This document shows, one piece after another, positions 47,944-61,261 of a stretch of DNA of 64,000 bases. Source of the DNA: Takakia lepidozioides. Taxonomy: Eukaryota; Plantae; Bryophyta. The position numbers and the translations under genes were made by a program. The stretch spans positions 93,682,001 through 93,746,000 of the forward strand of contig CM060731.1 in the NCBI GenBank assembly GCA_030704615.1, written 5' to 3'. A model generated the notes under the pieces. It saw only the letters and a program-made list of their open reading frames with translations, searched no databases and had not been told where the DNA came from. Numbering within the stretch: the first letter of the stretch is position 1; every line of letters starts with the position of its first letter.

Positions 47944-49219
47944 GAGTGAGTGAGTGTGAAGGAAAGAGGTACACAAATGCTCCACAGTTTTGATCTGATT
48001 AAGCACCCTTAAGGTGCCAAGTCTGACAGTAAGGGAGTAAGACTCTACTGGGTTATGTTCCTCGGTCCCACTGCCACTCTTCTTGGAGGAAAGACTCATG
48101 CACCATTTTTGGAGTTAAGCTAAAGACATTTTTGTGCCCTGTCACATTCCCGTCATGACCGTTGTACTATGCGAAGAATAACAAAGGTACAAGAAATCAC
48201 TATACACTGCTGTAAAACTGTCCTGTGATGTAGGTCACAAGTGATAGTAGCTTAAGTTCTCACCTCTTGGACAGAGCTGCCTGCTCCATACAGTACAGGA
48301 GGAAAGATCTTGGACCACCAGACCATGGGAATCAACCATGTGCTGTATGACACATTCTTCAAAGGATTGAGGTGGACAAGGAAGTAGAATATGTTACAGA
48401 ATTCAGCAAATCTGTACATCAGCACTACTAAGTAAAGAGCAGATACCAAACTCGAAAAGTGGTTACAAAAGCAGACTTCAACTTGACTGCGTTCAAGACA
48501 TGTCATGGACAACCTGCAGTGGCCCTCACCACTTTCTCTCTCATATCAAGACCATTGCATCTTTCAGGTGAAGCAATGGGCCATCGCCCTTAGCCACCAC
48601 TGGTCGCCAAGCAGACACACAATAACGAAGTGTAGGTTGTAGTTCCTTCACTAAGTTCCTTTTCTTAAAAACTCCTATACTATAATATGAAGCCTTTACT
48701 CTTCACAAGTCTTTACTCTTCAAGACAAAAAGACCCAAAGGGCATGTAGATGCATTTTCCATCCAGATCTGTTATGTGCTGAGTTTTTTTTTCACTAGAA
48801 ATCTCTGAAGGAACTTGAGAAGAGACTGGAAACCACTGCAGCCATGTGACATTGTTAGGAACACTTTCCAGGCACTTTCCAGCAGCGTCTGATATGATGG
48901 AAAGAGTGCCTGGAACAACAATCCTAATTTCCCAGGACCACGCTGTATTCATGAACAAATCTTGTGTTAACCATGGACAAAACCTGGTTATTCTGTGTAT
49001 CGATTTGGCATGTATTGATTTTTATTTGTCAACATAAAAATCAAGCCACCTGCATTAGATAACCCAAAAGCTCCAGAGTGAACCCTGAATGACCGTTGGG
49101 GTATTGACTGAGATCACCATTTGACATGAGGTCACTGGAGTTGGAAAACCGAAGTTTACATTCTTTACATGGACAATGACAATGCTTTGTGATAACAACA
49201 GAAAATCTAGCATTCTTTA

Positions 49220-49480
49220 CTAGAACTTCCCAACAGTGAGTTTTTGTAACAGAATTTCTGAATAGCCAGGGGAGTAGTAGTGAACAAGCTCAATTGGGTA
49301 GGCACTGTTGATGCTGTCTACGAGTTCTTTTATTTCGCTTCCTGCCTCCACAGAAATCTGCTGCATTTTTTCAAAGCTTCCTGAGGTTACATACTGGGTT
49401 TTTGCATCGCTGTCATGAAGTACCACCTTAGCTATCTGTGCCAGCACGTACTTGAGAATGCCTTCCGGCAGCAGCGGCCC
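49220..49480 (-). CDS. SPAG6: SPAG6/PF16 exon 8
   Basis: GPLLPEGILKYVLAQ..YYSPGYSEILLQKLTVGKF*. Confidence 0.92.
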   Translation of the reverse strand, partial: GPLLPEGILKYVLAQIAKVVLHDSDAKTQYVTSGSFEKMQQISVEAGSEIKELVDSINSAYPIELVHYYSPGYSEILLQKLTVGKF

Positions 49481-52400
49481 CTGTCCAACAACATGCTTCC
49501 CATTTTTGGTGCAATAGAGTAAGAGATTTACAGGTACTATAACACTACCCTGTCCTCTGGAGATGGTTATGATTTAGTAGCTCACCAAGTGGGATTCTGT
49601 CAACATGGGTTCACAAGCATGGTGGTTCAGGAAGATGCTGACGACTTCAACCTTTCCCTATACAAACTCAACATGCCTTGCCACGGGATTATTTTTGCCC
49701 ACGTAACTCCTGAATTTTTACTCTTTTCATGCCTGTTTCGAAGGCTTGTCTCATGGTACTCCCTCCCCTCTGCTTCGAGATGACTGTCCCCTAATTGTTG
49801 GGGGATCCTTTTTGTTATGACCTTCTATTCTGATGAATCCTTTACCCACTCCGATTTTTGGGATATATGCATATTCTAATGTCTCCAGAGAGTGTCATAA
49901 GGGTAATCTTTGAAGAAAAAGCACGGTGGTTGATCCCTCTCACGCAGGGTGTTTCCAACTTACTTGCATCAGGGAATCCAGGGCCGGAAAGTAGGTGAGG
50001 CGATCGCAGATGCCCTTGATTGCCTTCTTGCATTTAGTTTGCAAGTCTTCACTGCTGGTCTTGGCGATAAACCCGTTCACTAATGCTGGCAGCACATTCA
50101 TCTCCGCCACAGTTTTTGCATGGTTAGGGCTATGCCTCCCTACCTGTCCAAGCGTCCAAGCACTCGCACTCTTGATGTGGTCCTCAATTTCCATAGTGAG
50201 GGCATCAAGAAGCGGAGGCAGGGCATTGGATGCAATCACAGTGAGGGCAAGCGTTTCTGAGAATGCAGCAATGTATCCCAAGGCCATGACGCCTGCATCA
50301 CATAAAGAAGAAAGTAAAACAAGTGTAACCTTTCTTTCACTGCTCGTGCAACATACTGCCACAGTAGATTTGTCATCATTGGAAGAGAGGGACAGAGATT
50401 TCCCCCAATATGTGTAGAGAGAGGCAGTATGTGAGAGTTGAGAGAGAGAGAGACAGTGCGCGTGCGTGTGTGTGTACTATTCATCAGGCAATGGAGAGGT
50501 TTTGGGACGGAATGCAATAGCAAGAATAAACAAATGCCGCACGACAGGAGATCCAAACACAACATCGAGGATTCTTTCGAGTCTAAGGTCCTATTACTTT
50601 TGCAGCTGATAAGGTCTTTTGACGTGTAAGGGTCGAAATGGATGGGAGGCAAACCAGGCAAACGCTCATTGCCATTCACTTCTTTCACATTCTCGACAAG
50701 GGCAGCCACTCCACCAGTGGCCACGATGAGCTGTGCTAATTCAGGTGTGTGCTTGCAAACTTCACGGATCACGGTGGCTGAGTTGCGCCGTACCATAGGG
50801 TCTGTGTCCTTTAATAACAGATAGATCTTCGGAAACACATCTGCTGCTACAACTACCTGCAATTGTACTTGCCTTTCAGTTCCTCTTCTCTCTCTTTTTT
50901 ACAAGGAAATTTTTCTGCTTCGTCGTGAGAACCAGGCGTTGAGCTTAAAGCCGGCTAAGAGGGCACAGGCTTATGAGTGCTGTCTCTCTCTCTCTCACTC
51001 AATCTCAAAGTTCGCCTTCATTCCGCCTAAACTGGGCGCGGGGCTACGGCCACAAGGCTACGGCAAACAACGTACTAGAGAACGGGCCGCCGTTAACGGT
51101 ATAAGATATACGGTGCGGATTATGCAGGCAGAATGGGCCAAGCCTGCCGATTATGCACGGGCTACCTGCCCCGCCTATTCTGCTCCACAATGAGCCTCTA
51201 AAACGGCAGAGTCAGACAGGGGGGTGTTCTTAAGCTCTTACGAGCACATTCTCTGGCGCGCATGTCTTCTATTACGACTCTTCTCAGGGATGAATCTTGC
51301 TTGAATGGTAGAAGGAGAATTCAAGCAGTGACAATGCCATGAACTTTCTAGCCAACTTCTTTTTCGGGGCTGAATCTGGGCTGACCCCAGATTTTAATTT
51401 TGTGATTACTGCCTTGTTTTTACTCTCTCAGAGTCATACAACTCTTTCTTTCTTTCTTTCTACTAATGTGGCCTGTGCCGTTCAACACATACATTTATGA
51501 CCATGTGTACCGAAAGACAAATAAAGGCCAATATTCCAAAAAAAAACCCAATTTGCTATTTTTCATGAATTTTCACGGACAAAAAACACTTGAAATTCAA
51601 TATCTCCCACACCGCAAGTCCAAAAATTATGAAACTACCTCGATGCACCCCTATTCATCGAGGGCTTTCCAGCGGTATCAAGAGTCCAGCAAAGGCCTTG
51701 CAATTTCCTCAACGTACATACAAACAAAACAAAACAAAACAAACTACCTTCCTTAATATATTGATTGTTTATTGTAATATTGCTTTATGGCTTCATGAGG
51801 GTTTAAATTTTTCCCTCCCTTATGTAAAATCTTGGTTTTCCATATATATATATATATAACCTGTGTTATTAAGCACATATTCAACTTTCATGAATTTCCA
51901 GTAACGAAAAATACTTGAAATTCACTATCTCCCACATCGTAGGTCCAAAAATTATGAAACCGCCTCCACGCACCCCTACTCATCGAGGGCTTTCCAACAG
52001 TATCAAGACCCGAGGCCTTGCGGTTTGGGAGATCTCAACAACGCTACAAACAAAACAATACAATACAAACTACCAAACTTAATGTATATAAAATCATGTA
52101 TACATATATAGTATGCCAAGTTACCAATTGGGTCCTGGAAACATAGAACTAGCTATCGGCATACAATGAAGACCTCACCTCAGCCAAGTCCACCGTGTGT
52201 TTCGCAATCTGACTTAGGACAGCACAAACCTGGGTTTTGCCACAACATATAGAGCAATTAGAATGATCAGTTGGGAGAAACTCCTATGTATGAGCAAGGA
52301 CCTAAGATTTAAATATCTTTGCATGGACTCTATTGGCTGATAGGGTTAAGGGATGAAGGGAGGAAATTAGGAGACCCATGGACATTGTGAGAAGGGATGC

Positions 52401-55400
52401 AATAACGTGTTGAATTGCATTGGTAGATGGGATTTACCTCAGTCGCAGTAAGCTGATAGGAGCTCAGTATATTGCAAGATCACAAACAGAAACTGCAAGG
52501 AGGGGAAAAAGAGGACGGATGGAGAAGAGCTATTTCTCCTCATCTCCCTTTGTCCATCAGCTCTCTAAGCTTCCTGAGGACTTCATAAACATTCTTTCTC
52601 TCTTTCATTTTTCTTGGTCTTTATTCCTTTCTGTTACGCTAGACTGAAAATTAAACTCAGGGCGGGGAGCCTACCTTTGATGCAAAGAGGAAAAGTAGAT
52701 TGTAGTTGCCCAATGTGCTGGCAGCCTGAGACAATATCCATTTTCTCATACGCCTCCCAAGAAGCGTAAATTATGGTGTCTCTTGCCCCTGAAGGGCTAC
52801 TGCCTTCCGAGGGGAGAGCGGACACCTATGTAACACCAATTGGTGGATTGAACCCACAACCTTTTGAGGTGGTATGTGCCCATTACACAACTTGCTTGTC
52901 CAGTTAATACAATGTCTAAGTTAATACAATGTCTAAGTTAATACAATGTCTAGGGTATTCTCATCAAGACGTGATCATCTTCTCTCTTTCTCTCTCTATT
53001 TTCTCGTGGGTGAGCCAAAAGCCGAGGCGGGGTCACACAGAAGATTGATGTTTGTGTGAAGGAATTTCTAGACAATATCTAGAAAACTCGGATCAATTGC
53101 ATGTTTCAAGGTAAGTCATACTACCAGCGTCAGCCCCTGACAAAGGTAGTTTCTGTCCCTTGTGTTCCATTCAAACTGGGCGCGCGGTCAATGGCCACAA
53201 GGCTATGGCAAACAACGTCTTATGAGTACATTCTCTCTAACGCATGGCTATAAAACTATAATCAATAACTCTTGAGTTGTGGGGATAAGCTAAACCCTGG
53301 TCGGTGCGAACTAGTGTTGGGCAACTATTATTTATTTTTGAAACCCACCTAGGTAACGTAGGACAACAAATCCAACTTCTCATAGCTAGATGTTCTGGGT
53401 ATGAAAGGATATTAGAAAAAGCAAAATGGCAGGGTCCGGGTATAAGGCGGTTATTTAATTTTTAATAATGTGTACGTTTCAGATATGACATGGTATTGGT
53501 ATTGTGAAACTAAAGGTTCTCAATACTGGATATCATGAATGATATGAAGAGATACCCTTGGCTTATCTTACGGTAATGGCAGGTATATAAATAAAACATG
53601 GCATAAGCCTAGCACTTGCCACATAAATTCCAACAACAAATAAAATAATTATATCAATATATATATATATATAATATAATATAATAGAGGTATAACGGAC
53701 ATGTTCTCACTAAGGCTATTGATGCATGTTCCGGTTATCTAACAACGAAAAATCTCTGATCTATGGTTAGCATAGTGGATTTCAAATTGTTGGTAACCGC
53801 CGGTTGTCTATAGCTTCCGGGTAGTGGATTTCACCAGTTGTCTACATCTCCGGAGTAATGGATTTCTAATACCCTTACTTGCTCCATATAGATAATCAGG
53901 TGAGGTAACCTTATAGATAACCTGCCAATGCTCAATAACTGCCCAACACTAGCGCAAACCCCACAAAAGGCTCCGTGAGGGTTAGTTTCCTACGAGGTCG
54001 ATGGCCGTAAGGCTATGGCAAACCAACGTTTGCAGGGAACCACATGAGTATATACTCTCTCTACTGTAAAGGACCTACGACCCTCGACACTAGACTGAAT
54101 TTTGAATTCAGGACCGGGCATCTATCTTTGAACAATGGAGAGAAAATGGAGATTATCAATGCCCAACATGGGGGCGCCCTTTAGACAATAATACATTTTC
54201 TGATACGACGTTCGGGATATTTTCATCAAAGAGCAACTGGCATCTTCAGGACCATCAAAAACATAGTCCTTGCACCTTTGTTCACTAATTCTCAGAATCT
54301 GGAGGCTGAGCCTAAAGCCTTGGCCCTGTTGGGGTGGACAGATCACACATAGTAGATTGATATGTGAAGGGATTTCTAGAGGAAATCTAGAAAGCAGAGT
54401 CAAATGGTCTCACTACTGGAGTGGGTGTTGGTAGTAGATGAGCAGGTGGGCGGACCAAATTTTTGATGAACATAAAATCAAAAGTGAGTATTATGTGAGC
54501 ATGTTTTAGGTTTTCAGATTCAATGATTTTCTATGCTATATTAAACATATGGACGTTTCTTTTTCTTTTTCTTTTTTGTTGGAGTTTGGATCGGTATTAG
54601 GTTGGGCATCATGTATATTTGTAGCAAATCACACATTACACTGTGCATGTATAGTTCGTCGACAAACCAAACCCGAACTATTTCTGACCCTAACCAGAAC
54701 GTATATCCGAAGCCACCTTATTGGTGCCTACCCTACAAATTTGTTGGACCCATAGGTTTGATTACATTCTTATGTCCGAACCTAAATAATTTTGGCCGCG
54801 CACCCGGTCATCCGCTCACCAAAGTTTATTCCGTGAATGGAGTGAGCCTCTCACAAAGGTAGTCATGTCTATTCCCTTTTGTTCCGCCCAAAGTGGGCTC
54901 GGAGTTTTTGGTCACAAAGCTATGGCTTCTTATGAGTACATTCTCTTCCCATAAGCTCTTAGCTTTTTCCATGGATGTCATAAGTTCTTTCTTTATCGGC
55001 TCTCTTGTAGAGAGAGACTGCGCATCATGTTCAAGTCAACGGAGAAAATGTGGTCACAGGACCTTACACCGTGTCAAGGCTCCGATTGGTGTATTGTGCC
55101 GAGTCATGCCCCTTAGTCTTACCTTCCTCTTATGTCTTGCCCAAGCAAGAGAACCCATCGCAGTTTGAGGCTTGTTCTTTTCTTATTCTTCTCTTTCTCT
55201 CGCATTAAGCTATTTGCACTTCATGTGAGGTTTCTTTTTTCCTTTATTTGTATGTTGATCTCTAAATAAATATGTTCCACCCAAACTAGGCACCAGGTCT
55301 ATGGCCACAACGCTATGGCAAACAACGTCTCTTCTCTAAACAAACGAGCAACTTGTTGGGTACATTTGGATGTCAGAAAGTATGAGTGCAATGTATGATG

Positions 55401-58400
55401 ATCATACCTCTCTCTTCAACTTGGAATCTGCATGGGTAATGAGGGGGGCAATGAAGGGCACCACGCCTGCATCCACTATGCCCTGGGCAAGCTCTGGTGT
55501 ATGCTTTCCAATGTCCGAAAGCGATGTTGCCGCCACCCGCCTCAATGTCAACTCGGGCTCCTACATTGCACAAGCTCATTTTATCATCTCCATCTTGTTT
55601 CAAAGGTGGACACCCTCTAACGGTCATGCTAGGTTGGCCATAAGGGGTGACATCCAACATATACCTATGTAGCTTTGAACCCATGACCCTTTGTAAAGGG
55701 GCCATATGCCCTAACCACTGGGTCATTCGTTGGATATTGATGAAAATAAAAGACCAAGGTATGAATGATTGTGATCTAGTTTTAGAATGTTGCGGCTAGG
55801 CATTCCCAGCTATATTGGGACAACAACTTTGAGCTGATACGACACTTTGATTAGTTAGCTTACTACAATTCAACAGTTTCGTTTGAGTTTGTTGATACTG
55901 CGTCTATCTCTTAATTGCTATCATCCTACCTCCCATGTGAGTATTACTACAATCAAATGAGGCAGAGCTTTGTACCTGGACAGCAAGCACAAGAAGGCTA
56001 ACAGCACCCGCGTCCACAACAATTTGAGCTAGTGGTGGGGTGTGGCGGGCAATGTTGCCTAGAGCACCTGCAGCAACCTCCTTGACAGATGGGTCAAACT
56101 CCTCTAGGCATAGAATAAGTGGTTGAATTGCCCCTGCATCCACCACTGCCTGGGCCAGAGCTGCCGTATGTTTGGCTATGGCCTTTGCAACTCCAGCCGC
56201 TGCTTTTTTGTTATATCTATTCTGCTCCCTGCAAGCCCCACTCACATATAACCAAGTCCTAAGGTTGTAAATTTGTCATTGTTTTCCAACTGATTGTTTA
56301 ATGTATGTTACCATTTTTGCAATACCATGCTTCTTCAATTTGCTGTTCTAGTCACATTCGGTCAACTCAATAATTGGCTCCTAGCTGAGGAATATACTCC
56401 CAAATGTGTCTGTAATGTTTTAGACTGATAATAGCCATCAGTATCTCGGAGAGGAATTAGGCGGGTGGAGTGAAATATCATACCCTTAGTGGAAACGGAA
56501 ATTGTCTTAAGGTTACAGGGTTATGTATCCATACACCAAAGACCAACTTTATAAGTCTGTATAAGTTGTCCTTTAAATCAATTTCTTTTTAGGCCAACAA
56601 CTTATGCTCGAGGGCTTGCCTCCATGCCAAGTCCTTTAGGCTTTCTTTGAATGTCGGTAATGAGTTTGTGGTTGGATATCTGTAGTGGATGGCTATTATT
56701 TCTCTTAAGAAACTTGATTAGTTCTTGCCGCCTTTGCTGCCTTGGCCAAAAAAATGGTGATTCTAGTCTACTAATAGATTTGCATACCAAAAAGTATTGC
56801 ACACTACAACACACATACACTGCAGTCATCCTGATGTCTTTCCTCAGAGATGTTATTTGTTGCGCTCATATCCATGCCTTTTCTTTCTTATATCTTGTTC
56901 TTAAGACATAAATGTTCATAGTGCTCAAATAGGTGTATTGGGATAGATTGATATTAATATCACTTTTGATTAGTTTAGGTGTAGCAAATTCTCCTTAAAG
57001 ATCATTTACGCTAACTTCGGTTAGCGTCATCTCATTTCTTTTTGTCTCTCTCTAGAGATCATATCTCTGGGTTGCTCTCATTACAAAGTACGAAGAAGTG
57101 ACAGATGACGGTTTTTCGCAAAAGCATTGGTAGCGGCAGCCAAGATTGTGATGGGGCTTTCCCCCTCAAGCTCCACTGCCGCAATTGGATCATGCAATGA
57201 AATGTATGCAACTAAACTATGAACGGCAAACAAGTCAGAAAAGAGGCAGTACTTGAGCGAGTAGACGAGTTGAATAAGAATATTTTCGTGTACAATGGCT
57301 TCAGCAAGTTCTTCACTGTAGCTTGCTAGCCGGCTAAGGCCAAGTGATGCAGTTTGTTGAATGTTCGGTACACAGTCTAGCAATAGAGGCCGTAGCAATG
57401 TCATTACTCCTGCATTGTGTAACACCTCCACGTTCTGCACACACCACATGTTGCTTAGAGCCACACCATGGCTTGTTCCATCGTTCACTTTAACAGCATC
57501 TATCCCTCTTTCTCTCCCTCCAAAGTAACATGTGGTCTATGTTGACTCTTGAGAGCTAAGATTACATCCACTGATGACACATACATCAGTTGCAAGTTGC
57601 AGGGCCTTGGCTTCCCTCCGATTTCACATCAACGCGTCCAACAATTTTATGTATTGGTATCTTGTCATCATGTTGACACCATTGTTTGGCTCTAAGAGTT
57701 TGTGTACGTTCGCTAATGCAACATCTATATTCTTTGGCAAGACAATAACATGGGGCACTGAGAGTCCCATTTGAATACAAATTCACATGTTGGATAAAAC
57801 AAAACAAGTAGATTGTTGACAATCTACAAGTACTCAAGCCCGATTCGGCCTATTTGGATACATACTTGCGACACGACACTAATTAGTTTTTGTCTTTCTA
57901 TTCATGTCTGATTGTAATTCTTTCCGCTCACTTTCCTTGAGCAGGAAGCCGGTGGTTGGGTATGCCTTGCCTATGCATAGGTTGATCCTAGGTTCTTCAA
58001 CCGCCCGTTGACCCTGCAAAGTAGAAGGCTGTGTAAATTTGCTACACATTAGACTTTCCTTTTCTTTCCAAAGCTCTAGTACTTATGGATTTAAAATAAT
58101 CCATTGTCTTCGAGTCCAAAAATGATGTCGTTGAGAGTAGAACACAAATACTCTCAAGTGTACAGCTTTTAAAAAAATCAATAATGTCCAACTCATATGT
58201 GGAAGGTTACATTTTGAGAAGTAAAGCTTTTGGAAATCGAGCATATTGACAAGTAATTTTCATCAATGGTTGTTAATGTAACATTTTCTAAGTAAAACCC
58301 TTGCTCAACAAACAAGTTGTAAATTTACATTTCCAGTCACTTACATCTACCATTAGAGTACAATTGGAATGAATATTTAATATGCTAACAAAAGTTAAAA

Positions 58401-59152
58401 TACTGCACTATAAATAATTATGTTGCACAATTGTTTGGCAAAATCCAAAATTCGTGTAAATCAGCACTAAGGCACTTGGCGTGATTGTTTTAAAAAAAAT
58501 CACAACAATGCAAAATCCCCGTACTAAAAATAATATCAGTATTGGGAAATTCTAATATACTGAAATTTGAAAATTTGCAACCAAAAAATAAATTATAACT
58601 ATCGTATTGTCCATATGTAGTTACAATGTGACGAGTCACTTAAATTTCTTTTTGCTTCTTACGAAGTAAGATTGAGATAATTGTCGGATTGTTGTTACAA
58701 AAGTACTTTGACAGAAAATTGTGAGCATATTATAATTTTAAATTTGTAACTCGATATTGTCTTCGAGATTTTGTAAGTCTTACGTGAAAAAACATATAAT
58801 GTATCTCAGTAACAAATCACAAAATTATAATGATTCATAGACTTGTAGCACCCAGTTTATTCTACTATGCGTCAATTTTGAATTAATTGAGCATTAATGT
58901 AGACCATAAGTTCATTGCTGAGAACTATATCTATTATAATTTTGTGTTATTTGAATTTATGTTATTATGTTTGCATGTCTCACTTGTGTCTTGACAACAT
59001 CAGGAATAAAATAATTAGACTGTATATATATATATATATATATGGGCGCATACTTGGGGCTTTGTAGCAAGCTCTGCACAAGTTTGTACAAATATAATTC
59101 TAGCCTTTTGATAATTCTCGAGCACTTGTAGAATGGCCCTTGTTGTTGCCAT
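49220..59152 (-). CDS. SPAG6: Sperm-associated antigen 6 / PF16 axonemal central-apparatus armadillo-repeat protein; 8 exons, 509 aa
   Basis: Exons 59054-59152, 57253-57434, 55976-56228, 55408-55560, 52179-52229, 50655-50856, 49964-50292, 49220-49480. All introns GT-AG, phases consistent, 1530 nt in total. MATTRAILQVLENYQKARIIFVQTCAELATKPQNVEVL..LLRPLLLD..EQNR..LEEFDP..YYSPGYSEILLQKL matches the PF16/SPAG6 sequence as I know it. Confidence 0.95.
49964..50292 (-). CDS. SPAG6: SPAG6/PF16 exon 7
   Basis: VMALGYIAAFSETLAL..EDHIKSASAWTLGQVGRH..PALDSLMQ. Confidence 0.92.
50655..50856 (-). CDS. SPAG6: SPAG6/PF16 exon 6
   Basis: VVVAADVFPKI..REVCKHTPELAQ..GNERLP. Confidence 0.92.
51555..52085 (+). 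repeat. Two diverged ~200-bp copies of a dispersed repeat next to (TA)n in SPAG6 intron 5
   Basis: TTTCATGAATTT..CTTGAAATTCA.TATCTCCCACA..AAAAATTATGAAAC..CATCGAGGGCTTTCCA at ~51560 and ~51886. Confidence 0.75.
52179..52229 (-). CDS. SPAG6: SPAG6/PF16 exon 5 (51 nt)
   Basis: VCAVLSQIAKHTVDLAE flanked by AG/GT. Confidence 0.9.
52903..52952. repeat. 17-bp tandem repeat x3 (GTTAATACAATGTCTAA)
   Basis: Seen directly. Confidence 0.9.
53312..53951. mobile_element. hAT-type MITE in SPAG6 intron 4
   Basis: TIR TAGTGTTGGGCA / TGCCCAACACTA; imperfect 8-bp TSD GTGCGAAC / GCGCAAAC. Confidence 0.8.
54435..54813. mobile_element. Degenerate MITE
   Basis: Imperfect TIRs AGATGAGCAGGTGGGCGGACCAAATT and AATTTTGGCCGCGCACCCGGTCATCC. 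Confidence 0.5.
55408..55560 (-). CDS. SPAG6: SPAG6/PF16 exon 4
   Basis: EPELTLRRVAATSLSDIGKHTPELAQ..DSKLKRE. Confidence 0.92.
55976..56228 (-). CDS. SPAG6: SPAG6/PF16 exon 3
   Basis: EQNRYNKKAAA..LEEFDPSVKE..LLVLAVQ. Confidence 0.92.
57253..57434 (-). CDS. SPAG6: SPAG6/PF16 exon 2
   Basis: AG|NVEVLHNAGVMTLLRPLLLD..QLVYSL|GT. Confidence 0.92.
59054..59152 (-). CDS. SPAG6: SPAG6/PF16 exon 1
   Basis: ATG at 59152; MATTRAILQVLENYQKARIIFVQTCAELATKPQ|GT. Too short for the ORF track. Confidence 0.9.
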
Positions 59153-60566
59153 GGTTTCTCGCCCCTTTAGATTCCTTGTTTTCTTTGTCTTCCCCCCCCC
59201 TCTCTCCCCTTCACCTTTCTTTTCTCAAGAATAATATTGTAGTATTTGCAGTCTTCGAACCGCCATATAAAGTGTGGGTTCATTATACTTTATGTAATAT
59301 CGAGATCTCTTGGTCTCATAGATAGCAATCTATGTTCAAGTTTGGGCCAAACCGAATGAGTGCAAAAGTATTCCACTTGCATTCAACTAAATCATCAAGC
59401 ACTTGTGAATGGGTGGAGCCTAAGGCCTGCAAGTTTGCACACTCCATGCTCAATCCAAACCAAAAGCTTATTATGAAGACTAGTCAACCAGTAACTGAAT
59501 TTGAAAAATTGTGATTAGTTATATTTCATTTTGCTTATTCCAATATTTGAATCAAAATCGCTGGGTTGGGATCTTTCTCTGTTTTCCATGAAATGGACCA
59601 TGAAACATGGTGGGAGACACAAATGTATCCAAAAACTACGGCTGATGCCCGTGGCACACAGGATGACATGTGGGGGTTCCATGTCATGGGACTTGGACAA
59701 CTTAACGGTTGCAACCCTCTCTCTCTACCTTCTTTCTTTCACTAATATTTACGTCTATATGGTATTTTTGCCAAAATAGACCCTACATGCAATAATTGTT
59801 GGTAAAATTGGAATCTTTTGAGTCTTGCCCTATTCGTGAACTATTGGATTGCATTGACAATACAAGGTAGCTGTAAATGTGCACAAAACTTGGATCAATC
59901 AAAGCTTGTTATGAGAATGATATTTACATTCAGATATATAATAACTAATAATTATAATAAAAATTTATACTTATAAGTAAAATATAGATCAAAATAGAGT
60001 ACAAATAAAATACAAGTATAAACTTTAAGATAAATATATTTCATATTATTTATATAAACTTATGTATGTTTTTTTTTCCTTAAAACAGGGGACACTAGTG
60101 GCCCTGGAGAATTTTATTTGGAATTGTTGGGGGAAAAAATTAAAACCCCTTAGTACACCATGAGGCACACACACTGTAGACAGTGAGAAGAGACCATGAC
60201 CCCTGAACCAGGGCTATCACTAGAGTGTGGAAAGCCAACAGGCGGAACTTACGAAGACATATCACAATAGAACATATTGGAGAGTAGTTTAGAGCAAACA
60301 TGACAATTTGCACCAGAGCTACTTCTAGTTCTAAGAGCATTTGAAGAGGAGTGATCAGCAAAAATGAAGATGCGGGGGCCTTGAGAAGGATTCTTAACGT
60401 GTTTCCAGTTAACGTCCCGCTCTGGAGGTACGATTATAGGGGGGGTGCTATTCCGTGAGCCCGTGAGCCCAGCACAGGTCCAACGAAGAGGATGTCTCCC
60501 ATGTGCACCTTGCCTTAAGAACAGTGATTCCAGTGAAACAAGAATGCAAGCATCCACAGGTTGAAC

Positions 60567-61162
60567 TTACTCACAGGCAAAGTCAGAGTCCAGCTCCTTG
60601 TCGGACGTCTCCCCTGTATCAATATCACCGAGAACCAGCTTTGGAAGGACTTGAGAAGTTTGTCCACCCAAACCCATCAGGAGGTTCTTGTAAATTTCGG
60701 CATCCCCTTCAATCCCGAAGAGATGTCGCGCACTGGCCTTGCAAGCGTGGTACGAAGCACCTGCAATGGAATAGAAGGAAGGAAATAGACATTGAAGACT
60801 CATTTGGAACGGTGAGAAGCGCTGAAAGTGCAAGCTCAAACAAACCCGATCAAATGTGAATGTTGAAGAGACGAACCTGTGCCCATTGACAAATCCAGAA
60901 CTCTGGCGTCGGTGTAGGTGCAGCACTCCACAATCGTTTGAATGAAAGTCGAGCTCCTCTCCCTGGTCCCTCTCCAAAGAACCCCATTCCCCCTTCGCAA
61001 GCAGACGTTGTTGTCCACGTAGTTGTGGTGCATGTCATCCATGGAAGGATCTGTCCTCTTGTCTATGAACTTGCCCCCATGAGTGATGGCAAACTCCCTA
61101 ATGACAGCTGGAGTCGTAGGTGGATGCACTCGGACGAGACAAACAACTTCAAACAATCGTGT
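60567..61162 (-). pseudogene. Spliced C-terminal part of an N4-cytosine/N6-adenine DNA methyltransferase-like gene (SAM-binding half)
   Basis: Exons 60877-61162 and 60567-60760 join across a GT-AG intron (60761-60876): WRGTRERSSTFIQTIVECCTYTDARVLDLSMGT|GASYHACKASARHLFGIEGDAEIYKNLL, matching motif X, I (VLDxxxGxG) and II (GxE) of N6_N4 MTases. Confidence 0.7.
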
Positions 61163-61261
61163 CTGCGAAATGGACATCCAGAAGGATCTAAAAATCCTAC
61201 ATATTCATTTGAGCGACTTATGCAACTCCATCTAAGAACCACCAAGAAGAGGAACAAGAAG

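Noticed and set aside
57930-58015. AG/GT-flanked segment as an extra SPAG6 exon
   Set aside because: Exons 1 and 2 already join seamlessly (KPQ|NVE) and this segment has no armadillo similarity.
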